Part shown: piece by piece, positions 43,401-53,300 of the stretch
Layout: each line of letters begins with the position of its first letter
How positions within the stretch are numbered: position 1 is the first letter of the stretch
NCBI GenBank assembly: GCA_038207335.1
Contig: JBBQZX010000020.1
Span: forward strand, 1-64,000
Length of the DNA: 64,000 bases
Reading direction: 5' to 3'
Source of the DNA: Chthoniobacterales bacterium
GTDB taxonomy: Bacteria > Verrucomicrobiota > Verrucomicrobiia > Chthoniobacterales > Chthoniobacteraceae
Position numbers and translations under genes: made by a program
The notes under the pieces: generated by a model
Told to the model about the DNA's origin: nothing
Databases searched by the model: none
The model's input: the letters and a program-made list of their open reading frames with translations, nothing else

Positions 43401-44014
43401 TTGCTGAGATTGATCGCGCTGTTGGCATTTCCGAGCTGCGCCTCCGCCCCGAAAACGAGCGCTCCCCCATTGACGTTGATATTGCCGCCGAACGTATTCG
43501 CACCTCCCAGCGTGAGCGTTCCCGCGCCGCTTTTCGTGAAGCCCGCCGAGCCGGCGATGATCGCATTGATCGTCGCGGTGTCGGCCCCGTTCGTCACCGT
43601 CACGGTGGGCGTCGCGCCGCTGAGCGTCAGCGTGTTCGTAAAGACGCCGCCGTCGCCGACGTTGTATCCGTTCGTGTTGAAAGTGAGCCGGTTCGCGAAA
43701 ATCGGCGCGCCGAGTGTGACGAGACCGGTGCCCGCCACACCACCGAAGACCGCCTCATCGGCATTCACCGCCGTGTTTGGCCACAAGACATCCGCGGCAC
43801 CGTCGAACCAGTTCGCCGTCACATTGTCCCACGTGCCGGGGCCGCCGCCGCCGACGCCGATTAAGGTGGGATCCCAAATGTAAGCTGCGCCTTTTCCGAT
43901 CCCCACGCCCGCCATGGCGAGCGCCGCGAGCATGGCAGCGCGCGAGGAAAACCGCAAAAGAGAAGTGGCCAGAGGCCGTGGCGGGACACAATTCGGGCGA
44001 GGATCGATACGCAT
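31430..44014 (-). CDS. Giant (about 4190 aa) PEP-CTERM surface protein with autotransporter-associated beta-strand (PATR) repeats and two PA14-like domains
   Basis: Signal peptide; repeated K.G.GTL.L...N.(Y/F)TG.T.(V/I)..G.L; PA14 YTFIPTSDDGTVVWIDG near 42410 and PA14-like FSFAENIDDRVAIWVDG near 32790; C-terminal VPEP + TM + RRFRRR. Confidence 0.92.
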   Translation of the reverse strand: MRIDPRPNCVPPRPLATSLLRFSSRAAMLAALAMAGVGIGKGAAYIWDPTLIGVGGGGPGTWDNVTANWFDGAADVLWPNTAVNADEAVFGGVAGTGLVTLGAPIFANRLTFNTNGYNVGDGGVFTNTLTLSGATPTVTVTNGADTATINAIIAGSAGFTKSGAGTLTLGGANTFGGNINVNGGALVFGAEAQLGNANSAINLSNGAAAGNTGPQIILTAGHSFNIGAGGGAITGNIRLQNNGQLTGAATLTVGGTLLDIVGSNTGFTGNTVVSAGVFELRNNTALGNTAGQTVTVNSGATFSVATGVTNSQPVTANAGSILGFHNGAGGVYASPIMAAGNATIQLKNWYDTVSQSGAITGPISGSGNLALTTGTTAATLTLSGDNSGYTGAFSVPTNVTLAMNSTLSRGAGAISLTGGTARFAYQNGAVSGANVNGLNAFYANLGFAVANVVNEYRYGYYQLTSGQPGSANPWIVSQIDPSINVGNQAGGFEPVPGGAGVQGFSWGTNTGAAYKGVVNIANTGSYTFIPTSDDGTVVWIDGAIVSNNDGGHGFITGANTPVTLSAGPHNIIIKYGQGTGGAGFVMNYSGPDTGNASVLLGSTPGQVTTGTVVTNIGDIAAVSGTSSVDVIDDAVATSVSLAGGSTLNVGLNNQGVTPLLGVTVSGTSALSGTGTATLTANVLNVNYTGAITGGAQGLTLNGPGRVTFGNANTYTGLTTVSKGQLVLNNVSGGGNAISGNLTVNVPTANADPNAGNSDLVFNVDIRRGEQIADTATVTLQNGFINLNGNTETIGTLAMSGGAIFGSGTLNVTNLGGSTLTAGTILPSLGGAGGLTINTAGKTVVLAGANNSYTGITAINAGTVQFRGSLGAAGAGNITTVASGAQLQLLGNITGGEDLTIAGNGIATGLVSPGAIRSLGGTQTLGGIALTGDATIRSAGFIRAASIGGGNTLTIDGVGDVSIGSAPGVSAIIKNGTGAFIYDYDVNNVLPTITWNSGAIGFNGTQTGLVQSIPAGKAFKFNSDPGAGTSITAPAGTAVIAGYPSGQNLVDRIASGSGGALVLTGNSATALNFANGGQNVSLGANGLVTYSGTITPNAGAYNFGGTFGGGALQNILSLTQGLSGANAVNVKAGGIVDLTRVAASTNSGALTIDGGTLQFTNSNSLGDGSATNGITLTNGGTLRLAQTSGSAGANFSLLGYVLPADTTRTVTIGAGGGAIDVPAITNGANGLAFSSKANSLTGAAGTTLTKSGFGVLYLGSSSDFAGNLSIGAQGGFVELRSNGALANVAAIAIEQNGQLTLQNNASLGITRIGGFPQVNSANRINDAAPITLRGGGINLVAFTGQTSTETFGTLNLGLGQSFVNADVNVTNPTNAQAVMTFADLTRTVGSTLRIGGNLGTLGAAPANNTTRVFFNNIAGTPPAGLTLLGGWGTVFGNDFLAYNTTTGVTAATYGAANTFGTGVNAQSNATFTLPAGDTSAAALKLNAAAAQVLNFTGGTDRLFIESGGIVSDNQNFTRTIGTATVRGVVTAGPVAGNAVPRELFIHQNSASIMEIFSNIADNNGQAVTLVKDLTGTFQINSGTANSYSGGTFITQGRVNALAAGGLGTGGVVVKAGVIEVRAPGAVATGAANPAAGSAVYTLSDVSELYLNAAAAFTNATDRFELGAGSNVTGQTTVANQGLNSLTRIPLASPFTAGGQIKLAPGAVVRVQAGTNVDLGTTNNINNLGTDADLYLNVNATTGSLTSVTVGTGTPWRGFSAGAPGMTFTTGTIFANSDFELQGTYRAGAAVAVNLGVTNAAGSYSIVNNAGRPINALVTGTVIMNEDTAVSISPNITFVVSSGSQIQPTKSASFGSGSNVGKLLVQAGGTADPGGFVNVGLAANMPVGFAYPLLSPINGQTTIEAGGRLLLNDASGFGSAAPGTVTMKTGSVLHLGNAQALLGSGGLLFGGTNTGIINQGQIVYEPGVIVRYDIDNVFRFNQAVLSEPNGSAAMIQIFNGNRTLTSPTNPMTTLVEPDNIVLGAGGILTNDNVDSRAVNSGGYGGRIILNNGATIASSSGAYFNVGDDIDVPVGANVNIGSAQTIDGIAKLGAVQLNASNSNRIAGNLVIQPGAQLSFQGVNVYPDTKSLDLPAAATNLAGNGIIPGTGSTLLINNGTAEIMGALTGNGAVIGNNAAALHIGYGGADFTFNGVFSNSGSQQVTIGKLGAGRADFTGTSTSTGTMNVYNGTAAFSGAGNAAFATYAAQKGGTLLLDNSGAAANAVSNRLGGTTKNLTLPGGEFKLVGNATAAVTESLGQLQLSTIGGNAFVTVDASAGGQTELNFTQFNNSQQGGNGATFVFRSPSLAAALPVQNYTTGATTPAAGVNGIIRATTAANLWSNNASNVSPNALGGGNFVGSIGTALVPMRPDILGDTSLTGTGTGFVTQDSLTSGVRLLNDSEYARATFVTANDARSLNLKLSNPLVLNGGATSVASLTLLNGSSITANGFTPFSVNPARFIVQTGGILVPAGNSSAITAPYLGNTTNNTPFYFYAQGDLTVNAGLNSNNGFNKNGPGTLTLGPGAVSLMQGNITINEGTVVLGGGAGQNSFYVAQPTAANAFNFTGLRLNLNGGMLDLAGKSQIFSTLISNGNLANSNSSSAINAGVLTSAAAASVTVQTNSGNEVFAGNIGGAISLTKAGANSGANALTLTRANDYTGDTFIRSGTLRLRDDGRLTASQNINIFTQGTLEIDNTGIGSTGGVRTDRLSPTATVNTFGNANINLIGGRDAAAQTINTLNLQKGGSIISVGSGQSTSAELTINNFNRTAGAIAFIQASTLNVTGGGTLGNPGTTSTNPRVFINNLNGSAFSQASLVNGLIGGWATDGNNFLTYKDGQGVSTVSNLNGGFVNYTTTDITNAVSTDNVNDNGAARTVAAAKTINSLKLSPAAAQTITLNGLLTVGTGGILANVNQAMTINGTGGLTSGGPELFVTNAQNTITIATPIVDNGGTVSLVKTGGASLTLTGDNTFTGKTFVDNGTLTLNRTTAGTALAGDVEINGGTLTLAKSDQIAAGSTLTINGGGTFGFSATGFSQTLKKVFLNGTGASTTQLAFGGATAGTVTLTDPQPITVVNDNITREVAGNGVLTVNFAPSTGTTSTFDVSGSSPFGIVFNSTIASVPSGGLIKTGPGIVSMSGSTNFGANPATPTEVLHILGGVVRADTAGVLGLSNHVTDIQTGGTLLGLATITGSLKLNGGTLGVTIANPTFAGNVDVAANSRVNVSEFYIGNTARQITISGLVSGAGNLNVSGPALTSTTGTLLLSNPANTYTGAIAVNNNVNLISQPATSGSALGSATVNLAGGTLTLRSDTAQTFANVVNLTAGSTINVDRSTANTGLTHTINNLNVTGDSALNLTNGNTFTLRVGTLDGTGTLIKRGTVGLTIDAFSGTASFGVAGAAGRTTGHTFNTVGAPNQVAAFTPTTVDFPAFKVGGFYITPASKILNVGAFSVDPNEGNLPGALAVSSSTTISAGTFVNNGQVGATGGAATISAAGGFSGSGIYVTSGQQLTLAGSVTGGVLRVAGPVGGGANTVRVTGSNLAAAATLDVQSGTLRLAPTAPATSAATIRVNGTAATAPSATTNPVAAINAVLELDGTNASLTHNGNISNSGTVRVSGGTATVTGTIAGTSLTYAPGLLEGYVAATSAIDVSAARPVNPGNFGIRLQPRMFQTNAVTQSAITGHLDNELWTYTGYVKDDDGVFSFAENIDDRVAIWVDGNLVLSDLAHGGGNRAVSTAYAVGASTTTTTAGANAGTPTQNFGPGVTLPGRGDGWHLIELRMANGTGGAGPIAGSGFGVNYGLGYKNGIGALDGADYIKPIDDGTGSLFVTPVGGKGVIDLASGTTLNAGGFSMISDVRLNGLFTALNVTNAGASDTDNLSILGGNAPTPVALDIATGATIAAATLTSNPGTYVQLNPSSGGTLAVGDSVLNGTVDQQGGRVTFSGAGGGFGGNLKVGGGATAVVLASGSISGTVDVAGTLRGSGTVFGAVNVNASGKLAPGDSTTSPGTLEITDTLTFGANSNLTLTVGGNTPGDGAGFYSQVNETSTFAGISLDSTATLSLSIVSGTSVPIGSIYYFVNRSDSGAYSTFFSNAAQGATVSLGSGFSGTITYTANWTGTQAGSGFTGGNDIAVMVTVPEPCTGMSLLLGLSGLIGLRRFRRRA

Positions 44015-44064
44015 AATCGGGGGATTCTGGTTGTCGCGGCCGACCACAGGCCGCAAGTTACCAA

Positions 44065-44116
44065 ACGGTAATCTTCAAAGTTGGGGCGTCGAGCGAAATT
44101 ATTGCTCCGAAGCAAT
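44065..44116 (-). promoter_or_regulatory. Promoter of giant gene 1 with upstream ATTGC-N6-GCAAT palindrome
   Basis: TCGACG-N16-TACCGT on the minus strand; ATTGCtccgaaGCAAT at 44101-44116; same layout upstream of the other two giant genes. Confidence 0.6.
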
Positions 44117-44352
44117 TTTCGTTACCGAAAGGACGTCAGCGGAATCCGATCAGTCATCTTGGCGGATGGGCCAATTAACCGAGTCACTCAACCACCCCCA
44201 CGGGTCGCGCGGACGCGCGGAGAACGTGGACTGCCGACAGCCTTCTGCCGCTTGTGGGGAGGCCGCAACCTGCCGCGGGCGCAGCCGGAGCAAAACGAAG
44301 CCGGACGTGTCACAGGCAACGGCAGCGCGCTGCCCTAAGTTGCGGAACTTTC

Positions 44353-47300
44353 TTACACCGCGCGGCGACGGAAGCGGTTCAGGCCGAGGGCGACGCCGAC
44401 GCTGCCGAGGAGCATCGCGAAGGCATTTGGCTCCGGGACGGCTAGGAGCGCCACGCTGTTGCCGCCACTCGTCTCGAACGCAGGCGTGTTCGGATCATCG
44501 AAGTAGCTGATCGTATACATTTGGCCGTTCGGAGCGACGACGAGCGAAGCGTTCGCAAGTCCGGCGAAAGTGCCGGTCACCGCGCTGCCGCTGTTGTTCA
44601 AGATGATCGTGAAGATGTCCTGCGTGTTACCGCCCGCAAAACCGATCGCAAGGTCGAGGCTCGCGTTACCGAGGTTGATTGCGCCACCGACGGAGACTTG
44701 GTCGTAAGTGAGCCCTGCCACTCCCGGCGAGTTGATCTCGATCGCCAGATGCGATGTCGAATCCAAGCTGAACGTGCTCGCCACGGTGAGCACCCCGGGG
44801 CCGTTGCCGGGTGCAACGGTGCCGCCGGTATTCACGGTCACGCTCTTCACCGTGCCGCTTCCGCCAAGAACCGAATTCGCACCACTGACTGTCGTGGCAC
44901 TGCCGCTGATGCTGCCGTTAACAATGAGAGTTCCGTCGGAAACTAAGGTCGGTCCCGTGTAGGTGTTTGTGTTGTTTGCGATCGTCCACTTGCCCGAGCC
45001 GCTCTTCGTGACGGAGAGGAAGTTGGGTACCGTCTGATCCGCGATCACGCCATTGATCTGGCCAGCCGCGGATCCACCTAGGAGGAGAAACCGTCCATTC
45101 GTGTTCGGCGTGAAGGTGCCGTTCAGCGTCAGGCTCCCACCATTCGAGAAGATCGACGTGCTCCCTCCGCCCGAATTGAGGGTGAAGTTGCCGTTAATGA
45201 CGTTGTTACCGGCATCGTTCACGATCGCCGGGCTCGTCAGGCTTCCCTGGCTGGTGTTGAAGCTGATGTTGGAGCCCAGCACCACCGGACCATTCGCGGT
45301 GCTGCCGTCGAGATGGAGGGAACCTTGAAGCGAGCCAGCGACGTTCGTGATGTTTGTCACCGTCTTGTTTCCCCCACCCAAGGCCAGGCTGTTGGTGATG
45401 GTCACCCGGCCGCCACTTGTCGTAGCGCTCGGGTTGAGGTTCACACTTCCGGTGAAGGAATTGGCTCCGGTCAAAGTCAGGTTGCCGACGCCTGTTTTCA
45501 CGAGGTTGAACGCGTTGGCGCCATTCGTAATGACGCCGTCAAAGGTGCTGTCGAACGCCGAAGCCGAGTCGGTCGTTGTGAGTCCGCCGACATACACGTT
45601 CTGCGCAGCGCCGGAATTGGTGATCAAGCCGGTGCCGGTCAGGCCACGCAAGCTGACGTTTGCAATTCCGTTGATGTCCAGAACCGCGCCAGCGTTGATC
45701 GTCGGGCTCGAAGTGTTCGGAATCGCACCTGCATTGCCGAGTTTTAGAACGCCTGCCGCGACGTTCGTCGTGCCGCCGTAGGAATTGGCCGCGCTCAGGG
45801 TAAGCGTGCCCGGTCCCGCTTTCGTCAGGTTCGTTCCTCCGCTCACGGCACCGCTGATCGTGTCGGTGATGAAGGGGCTCGACACTGTGATCGTGTGCGC
45901 GCCCGCCGCCAGCGTCATCGCGCCGCTCAATGTCAGCGTTTGATTTGTTCCGATGGTGGTCGTGCCGCCAAGGGTAAAGTCGCCTGCGACAGATGTCGGG
46001 TTGCCGACGGTGAAGTTGTTCGTCGAATGAAGCGTCGTGCCGGTGCCGATCGAGAGCGTTCCCGTGCCCACAGGACCGTTGGTGATCGCCGGAAGCGTCC
46101 CGGTCGAACTAACGCCTACGATCAGGGTGCCCGCGTCGAGTTTGAAGCCCGTCGTGAATGTGCTGACGCCGCTGAGGAAGACAGAGCCATCGCCCTGCTT
46201 GCTGATTCCCGACGCACCGGCGCTGGTGATCGGCGCAGTGATCGAGAGGGAGGTCGGCGCGGCTCCTGTCGTCGAAATGACGGGCGAGGCATTCGAGAAG
46301 GTCAGTGCGGTGCCGCTGATGCTCGGCACGCTGCCGATGTTGTCGTTCGTCACGGTGATCGCGTCGGGCGCGCTCAGGGCGAGTGCCGTGGCGGTGGCGA
46401 CGGTCGGATTGGCGGCAGCGAAGCCACCGATGTTGTTGAACGTGACATTCGAGAGCGTGTTGCTTCCGAAGAGCGTCAGGCTGCTGCCGCCGTTGAGCGT
46501 CACCGCATTGGTCGGATCGATTTGTCCGGCGTTCGTCGTCATCGTGACGAGCGCGTTATTCAGGGTCAGGCCGCCTGCTGGAATTTCCGCCTGACCCGCT
46601 AGAATCTGCGCTGCGCTAGGCGTCGCGCCGTTGAGATTCAGCGTGCCGCCGGCACCATTGACGACCGTACCTCCGGTGTAGGTGTTGACATTCGCCAAGA
46701 TCAAGCTGTTCGCAATCGGCACGGCGACGAAGCGAGTGAGCGCGCCCGCCGTACCGTTGTTTGCGATGACGGAGTTGATCGTGTTGTTCGCGCCAGCGCT
46801 GTAGAGATACAGAGGCGAAGTTCCAGTTGCAGTGCCGCCGGAGGTGATGACGCCAGGAAGGGCGGTGGTGCCGACAACGGTGCCGCCATTCGTGAGCGCC
46901 AGACCGCCCGCACCGAGATTGAGCCTGTCGGCTGCATTGGTGAACGTGATCGCCGTGACGGCGGCGCGGACGGCCAGAACATTGTAAGTAGCCCCGGCGG
47001 CAGGAACCGCAGCAGTGCCCGCAGTGCTCAGTCGCACATTGGCCGTCGGAGTGCTGACGGGAAGAGTTGCCTGATTGAAGTCGTACGATGTCTGCCCGAT
47101 GCCGGCGAAGTTCGAATTCAGCGTGGTCACGCCGTAGTTGATTCCTGCGGTGTTGCCAGCCGTCCCCGGCTGAATGTAGGTCAGAAATTCCCCGTTGTTC
47201 GCAAGTGCCCATCCGCCCAGAATCTTGTTGGTAATATTCGCGGGAATCGGCGTGCCATTGATGCTTCCGATGTAAACCTGCCCGCTGCCAAAGCCAGGCA

Positions 47301-50300
47301 AATTGCTGAAAAAGCCGCTCGTGCCGCCGACAAAGGTCGCGGTGACATCTGAGCCCGCGGTCACGAGGTTGCCGATATTGATGACGGCGGTGGAGCCCGC
47401 AGTCGTGCCAGCCGTGGAGCCGGAGACGATCGCGTTATGGCCTTGCAGCACATTGACGGCATTCAAAGTCGCGGCTGTGTCCGTCGATCCGCCTGCGAGC
47501 AGCGTGAGCGATCCACCGCGGAGATTTACCGTGGAGGAGGCCGAGATGCGGACTGGGTTGAGCGCCGCAAGCGGAGTTAGCGCGCTGTTGTCGAGAATGA
47601 GGCCACCGAAATTGATGTCGAAGCCCGTGCTCGCGAGCGTGCCGGCGTCGCGAATCCGCAAGTTGTTTCCGCGCACCGTCGTCGTCCCCGAGTAGCTGCT
47701 TGGATTCGTCAGAATCAACTCGTTATTACCGGACTTCACGAAGTTAAGGTTTCCGTCGATCGTGCCACCGAAGGACGCAGCCGCCCCCGTGACTGTGCTG
47801 AGGGTAGCAGGAGTGCCGACTGCCGAGTTCCGCACGCTGCCGCCTGTCGCGAAGCTGTTGGAATCCAGCGTCCCGACCATCTGGCTCGTGCCATTTAACT
47901 CGAAGACGCCCGCATTGACGCGCAGCGCGCTCAGTGTCGGAGCGCCGGCTGTCGTGACCGCTTGGATCGAGTTGTTGACCCCGGACGTGATGGCGAGCGT
48001 GCCCGCATTGACCGTCGTCGTTCCAGTATAGTAGGAGGCCGTGTTGAGATTCACCGTGCCGTCATCCGACTTTACCAGACCGCCGTTAGTCGTGCCGAGA
48101 TAGCCGTCGAGCGTGAGCACGGTTGCAGCGCCGGGCGTGTGAAAGTTGAACGCGGTATTATTGGAAGTATCGATCTGACCAGACGTGATGCCGGTATTCC
48201 CGGCAAGCGCCAGGAAGCCGCCGCTGCCGATCTTCGTCTGCACGAGCGCCGCGCCGCCCGTGTAGCGCCCGAAAGCCGGGCTGGACCCGATGCTCACGCC
48301 GCCGCCTGCATTGAGGGTTAGGCTGAATGCTAGATTTTGAGAAGACAGCGTCGCGCCGGGAGCGGATCCCGTGATCAGGGTATTCGCGCTCAAAGCCACG
48401 TTTGTCGATGCAGTGGTGGCGGTCGTCAGTGTGGATGCGAGCTCCGAGGCGTCCAAAGGCCGCAGGTAGTTGCCAACCGTGTCTTTGGTAATGAACGCCG
48501 TGCCGAGGCTCGTAGCCGTCGTGCCGCCAATGAGGTCGGGGCGGATTGCCATTGTCTGGGTTCCGTTCGCGCCGTTGCCTGCACCGGTGGGAGCGTTCAG
48601 GCCGAGGGCTCCCAGCGAGATGGTCCCCACGCCGTTCCCCGGCGCGCTCCCAAATCCCGTGCCGCGGATGAGCGCGGAAGCGCCCCCTTGCACACCGCTG
48701 AAGGTCGTTCCCACCGTCAGTGTGAGCGGGTTGTTCGCGTCCGCATTCAGCGTAACGGTGCTGCCCCCGCTGCCAAACGTGACCGTCCCGATCACTTCGG
48801 AGGTCGGATTGGCCGCCGTTTCGTTGCCGAATGCGACGAATGAGCCACCGGCCGGATTGAGGGTGCCGACATTGGTGAATCCACCGAGTCGGTTGTTGAC
48901 GTTGCCGCCCTGCGCGTTGCGGTTGTCGAGGGTCAGGGTGCCAGTCGGGAAGATCGAATCGGTCCCGAAAGTCCCGCGGCCCGTGCCGGCAAAAGTCACG
49001 CCACCGACGCGGACATTGAGCGAATTGTTGTCGTTGCTCACCCCGGTGAGCGTCAGAGTGCCGCTGCCGAATTTATTGACCGAAAATGGCGTGAGCCGCG
49101 CGTCGCTGAAGCGGAGGAACTGCCCAGAGAAGGTCGTGTCCGTGTTGTCGAATCCGACGCCGAACGTCCGGTCCGTCGTGCTGGAGTTCGTGACGGTGCC
49201 CGCGCCCGCGAGGGAGCCGATCATCGCGTCGTTGATGAGATTCAGCGTGGTGCCTGCAGCAAAAGTGTAGGCCGAGAAGCGCGAACCCGCCACCGGGCCC
49301 GTGAGAGCCACACCGCCGAAGTTGGTGATGATGCCGCCCTGAATGACATTCGTCGGGCCGGTATAAGTCTGCTGAGCATTCAGCGTCAGGGAGCCGAGGC
49401 CTGTCTTATTGATACCACCCGCGCTGCCGACGATGCCTTGCAGCGCGAGCGTGCCCTGCGTGGGATTGATGTCCACGCCATTGAAGAAGATCGGATCGAT
49501 GGCGACCGTTTTTGCCGTCGTGCCAAAGTCAACACGACCAACAATCTGCGAGGTGGACGAGACGTTTGAAGAAGTAGCAGAGAGGCCGCTGGCGCCGATC
49601 GTCAGTGTGCCGAGTATCCCGTTGGAGGTGGTGTTGAGCGTGTTGCCATTGACGCTACCGCCCGCATTGTTGAAGACGACGCCAGCGAGGGTGTTGTCTC
49701 CCGAAAGCGTGAGGGTCGCACCGCCGTTCAGGACCGGGACGTTTGCCGAATTGATGACACCGCCGACTGCCTGTGCGACCGTCGCGCGGTTGATCGTCAA
49801 GCCGCCCGCCGGAATGATCCCGGTGGAGCCGACGTTCAAGACACCCGTGAAAGAGACGCCGCCGTTCACGACCGTGCCCCCGGAATAGCTGTTCAAGTTA
49901 TTCGCGAGCGTCAAGGTGGCACCGTTGTAAGCGGTAAAGACGAGGCGCACCCGGTCCGAGTTCGTGTTATCGACGATGCGCGAGTTCACCGTCAGCGCGT
50001 TGCCGCCGGTGTTCATGGTGATGTAAAGATTCTGTGTCTGCCCGGTCGCCGCCACGTTGCCGCCCGCGGTGAGCCGACCGCTGTCCAGCGTCGCCCCGAT
50101 GTTGCCAAGTTGATTGCCAGACTTGTTGAGCAAGCCGGAGGTCAGGTTCAACGTATCCGCGGCATCGGCAAAGTTGATGCTCTGGCCAGCCGTGTTGGCC
50201 GTCCACGAAATGGCGTTCAACTCGTAGGAGTTGGTGGGCGCGTCAGGGATGGTGAAAGTCGCGTTGGACAGCTTGATGTTTTGCGATCCGTTCGTGAACG

Positions 50301-53300
50301 TCGCCGGGAATGCCAGGGCGTCGTAACCGCGCCCGCCCGCCGCATTGATCGCAGCGATGCCAAGGCCCGGAATGTAAGTCACCAAGTCGTTTCCACCGGA
50401 GACAAAGTAAGGAAGGATCCCATTGGTCAGCGTCGGAGCAGTCGTGAAGAGCAAGCGGCCAGCACTCCCGATCTGGCCGTTGAGGGTGTTGACGTTGATC
50501 GTCGCACTATTCTGCTGAACCAGGCTGCCGAAGGTCAGGTCCGCCGAGTTCACATTAGTGCCACCGCCCGCCACGGTGATGTTACTATTGCCTTCCGCGA
50601 GGACCAGCGATCCGATGGTCTCGCTGGAGGCAGTCTGTGCGCGCCCCGTCAAGTTGATCACACCGCCACGGAGAGTAACCGTTGCCGTGTCCTTGATCCG
50701 GTTCGACTCATCGCGGAAGCCGGCATTGTTATCCAAAGTCAGCACCCCATAGTTGATGTCGATCGTGTTAGAGCCGGAGAGTCGTCCGCCGTCGCGCAAC
50801 GTCGTCGTGCCGCCGTTGAGCAGGGTGTTGCCCGTGTAGGTGTTATTCGAGAAAACGGACCACGTATTTTCTCCCGAGCGCAGCAAATTGACCGTCCCGG
50901 TGATCTGGCCCGACCAACTCCGCGCGGAGTTGTCTAAGTTAGTTACGAGGTTACCCGTGCCGGACGAACTCGTGATAGTGCCGTGCTGGCCAAGAGTCGT
51001 GGCCTCGAGGCTCGTATCGGAAAGGATGCCACGGAAGGCTTGGAGCTTGCCATTCAGGTCGAGCGTGGCTGCTGGCCCCACGCGCAGAAACTGGTTCGGC
51101 GTGTATGCATTGTTGCTGCCGATCTGCAGTGTTCCGCCATTCAGGCCGAAGGTTCCGGAAATGTTGCTCGGCGTAATTCCCGCGATGGCGCTGGCCACTG
51201 GAGCGAGAATGAGGGTGCCGCCGTCCGCCTTGGTCATGCCGGTCGTCCCGCCGCCGAGTGCACTACTCAGAGTCAATGTCGCACCGGCATCGACGTGCGC
51301 CCAAAGTTCGCCCGTGCCAAACGCGAGCGCAGGAGCGCTGATCGTGTTCAGGCCACCGGTCGCGAGGATGGCCGCAGCCGTCAGGGTGAGGGTCGTCGGC
51401 GTGTTACCGATCGTCCCGGTCGATGCCACGTTGATGCCCGTGCCGGTGAGTTTGAGGGCATTAATCGTCTTGCTGCCGTTCGCAAAGGCTGGCGCCGCCG
51501 TTACGTTCAAAGTATCCGTGGCCGCAGCGGCATCGATGCTGTTTGCGACGTTATATGTCGCAAAAGCCTGGATTCCGTTTGTATTCGCTACCGCTCCCGT
51601 GTTGTTATAGCTGACGAAATCGAGGCCGCTTCCCGAATTGATCGAGGCGCGGGCGAGAATACCTGTAGTCGCTGGCACAGTCGTGGGGGCGGCTGTAATG
51701 ATAATCCGGTTATTAGCGGTGCCCAAGTTGGTCCCAGTGAATTCAATCGAAGCGCTGTTTGCGCCGAATGCGGCACTGGCGAAAGTCAAGGTGGCCGCAC
51801 CGGCGCCAGCTTGGTTGGACGAAATTTTGGCGGCGAAGTTAGTCGTCAACACACCCATCGTCGTCGCGGTTCCCGCGGCGTTCGCGGTGAAGTTGAGCGT
51901 TCCACCCGAGACCGTTACGGGACGCGTGACTCCAAGACGGTCGGCGACATTGGTGCTGGTGTTATCGAGATTCAGAATCGCGTTTGGATTGATGGTCGCC
52001 GCGATGGTCGGCGTGCCGATCAACGAGCCATTTCCGCTGAAGTTGGTCGTCCCATCAAGGAACGTCAGGTTCTGCGTGCTGCCCGTCGCGAGCGTGAACG
52101 GCTGCGCGGTCGTAAAGTTCAGCGTGCCGCTGCCATATTTCTGCAAGGCGAAATACTGGTTCGCCGTGGCAGTTGCCGAGGTTATGCTACTGTTGACATT
52201 GATCGTGCCAGCACCCGTCAAATAAATAGCCCGAGTGGTAGCGGTGGGGTTGTTAATCCCACCGTTGATGTTGAGGACGCCGGAAGTTGAGCCGATCGCT
52301 GCATCCGCATTGAGCGTCACCACGCCCGTGACGGAATTCGTCCCCGAAAAGTTTTCCAACTGTCCGCCAAAATTCACGCCGCCAGTAGCCACGTTCGCCG
52401 CGCTGTTATTGATGATGATCTGGTTGGGAACCGTGATGTTATTCGCAAGCTGCACGGCCGCCCCAAACACCCCGGACACACCGATAGTCGCCGCCGTAGC
52501 CCCGAGGCTCGCGGCATTCGTCAGACGCACGACGCCCGCGTTGACGACGGAAGCGCCCGTGTTGGCACTCGCGGCGTTGAGGATGAGGATGCCGTTATCT
52601 GCTTTGGTGAAAGCTCCCGCCGCAGCGCCGCCGAACGCGCTACTGAGAGTTAGCGACTGCCCCTCCGCCACTTCGATAAAGCTGTTCGCCGCACTGTTAA
52701 TCTGGATCGTCCGGCCGCTCACGATGGGCGTCGTGCCGACGGCCCGCAAAGTGGCGCCAGCACCGTTCAAGATGACCTGATTCGCAGCCGCGCCCAGGGC
52801 TAAATCGTTAGAGAAAGCCAACGCGCCGCCCGTGACGTTGATATCCCCCGTGAACCCGTTCGCGGCATTCGAGAGCAACAGCGTGCCAGCGCCTGTTTTT
52901 GTGAAGCCGAAAGCGCCATTCACCGCTCCGCTGAGCGTCAAGCCGGGAACCACCGTGGAAATATTCGTGTTTGCGACGCTGAAGGTCGATGCACCCGTAA
53001 GCGTCGTCGCTCCGGTGAAGTCCACGCCATAGCCGTTCGTGTTCGTGATCGACAGCGTCTGCGTGCCGATGCTCAAGGTGCCGAGCCGCGCAGTCTTGTT
53101 CACCGCCGCCGGGAAAAGTGGCGCAAAGGTCGTGCCGAGCCGATTCGCCACGATGGTCGCGGTGCCGGCGCCGGAAACCGTGACATTATCGCCGAAGACG
53201 ACATTCTCGGACGCGAGGTTCTGCGACACGATCGGCGAGCTTCCTGGGGTGCCGGAGCCATTGCCGTCGAACAGGTAGTTCATCGTCGCGCCGCCCGCGA

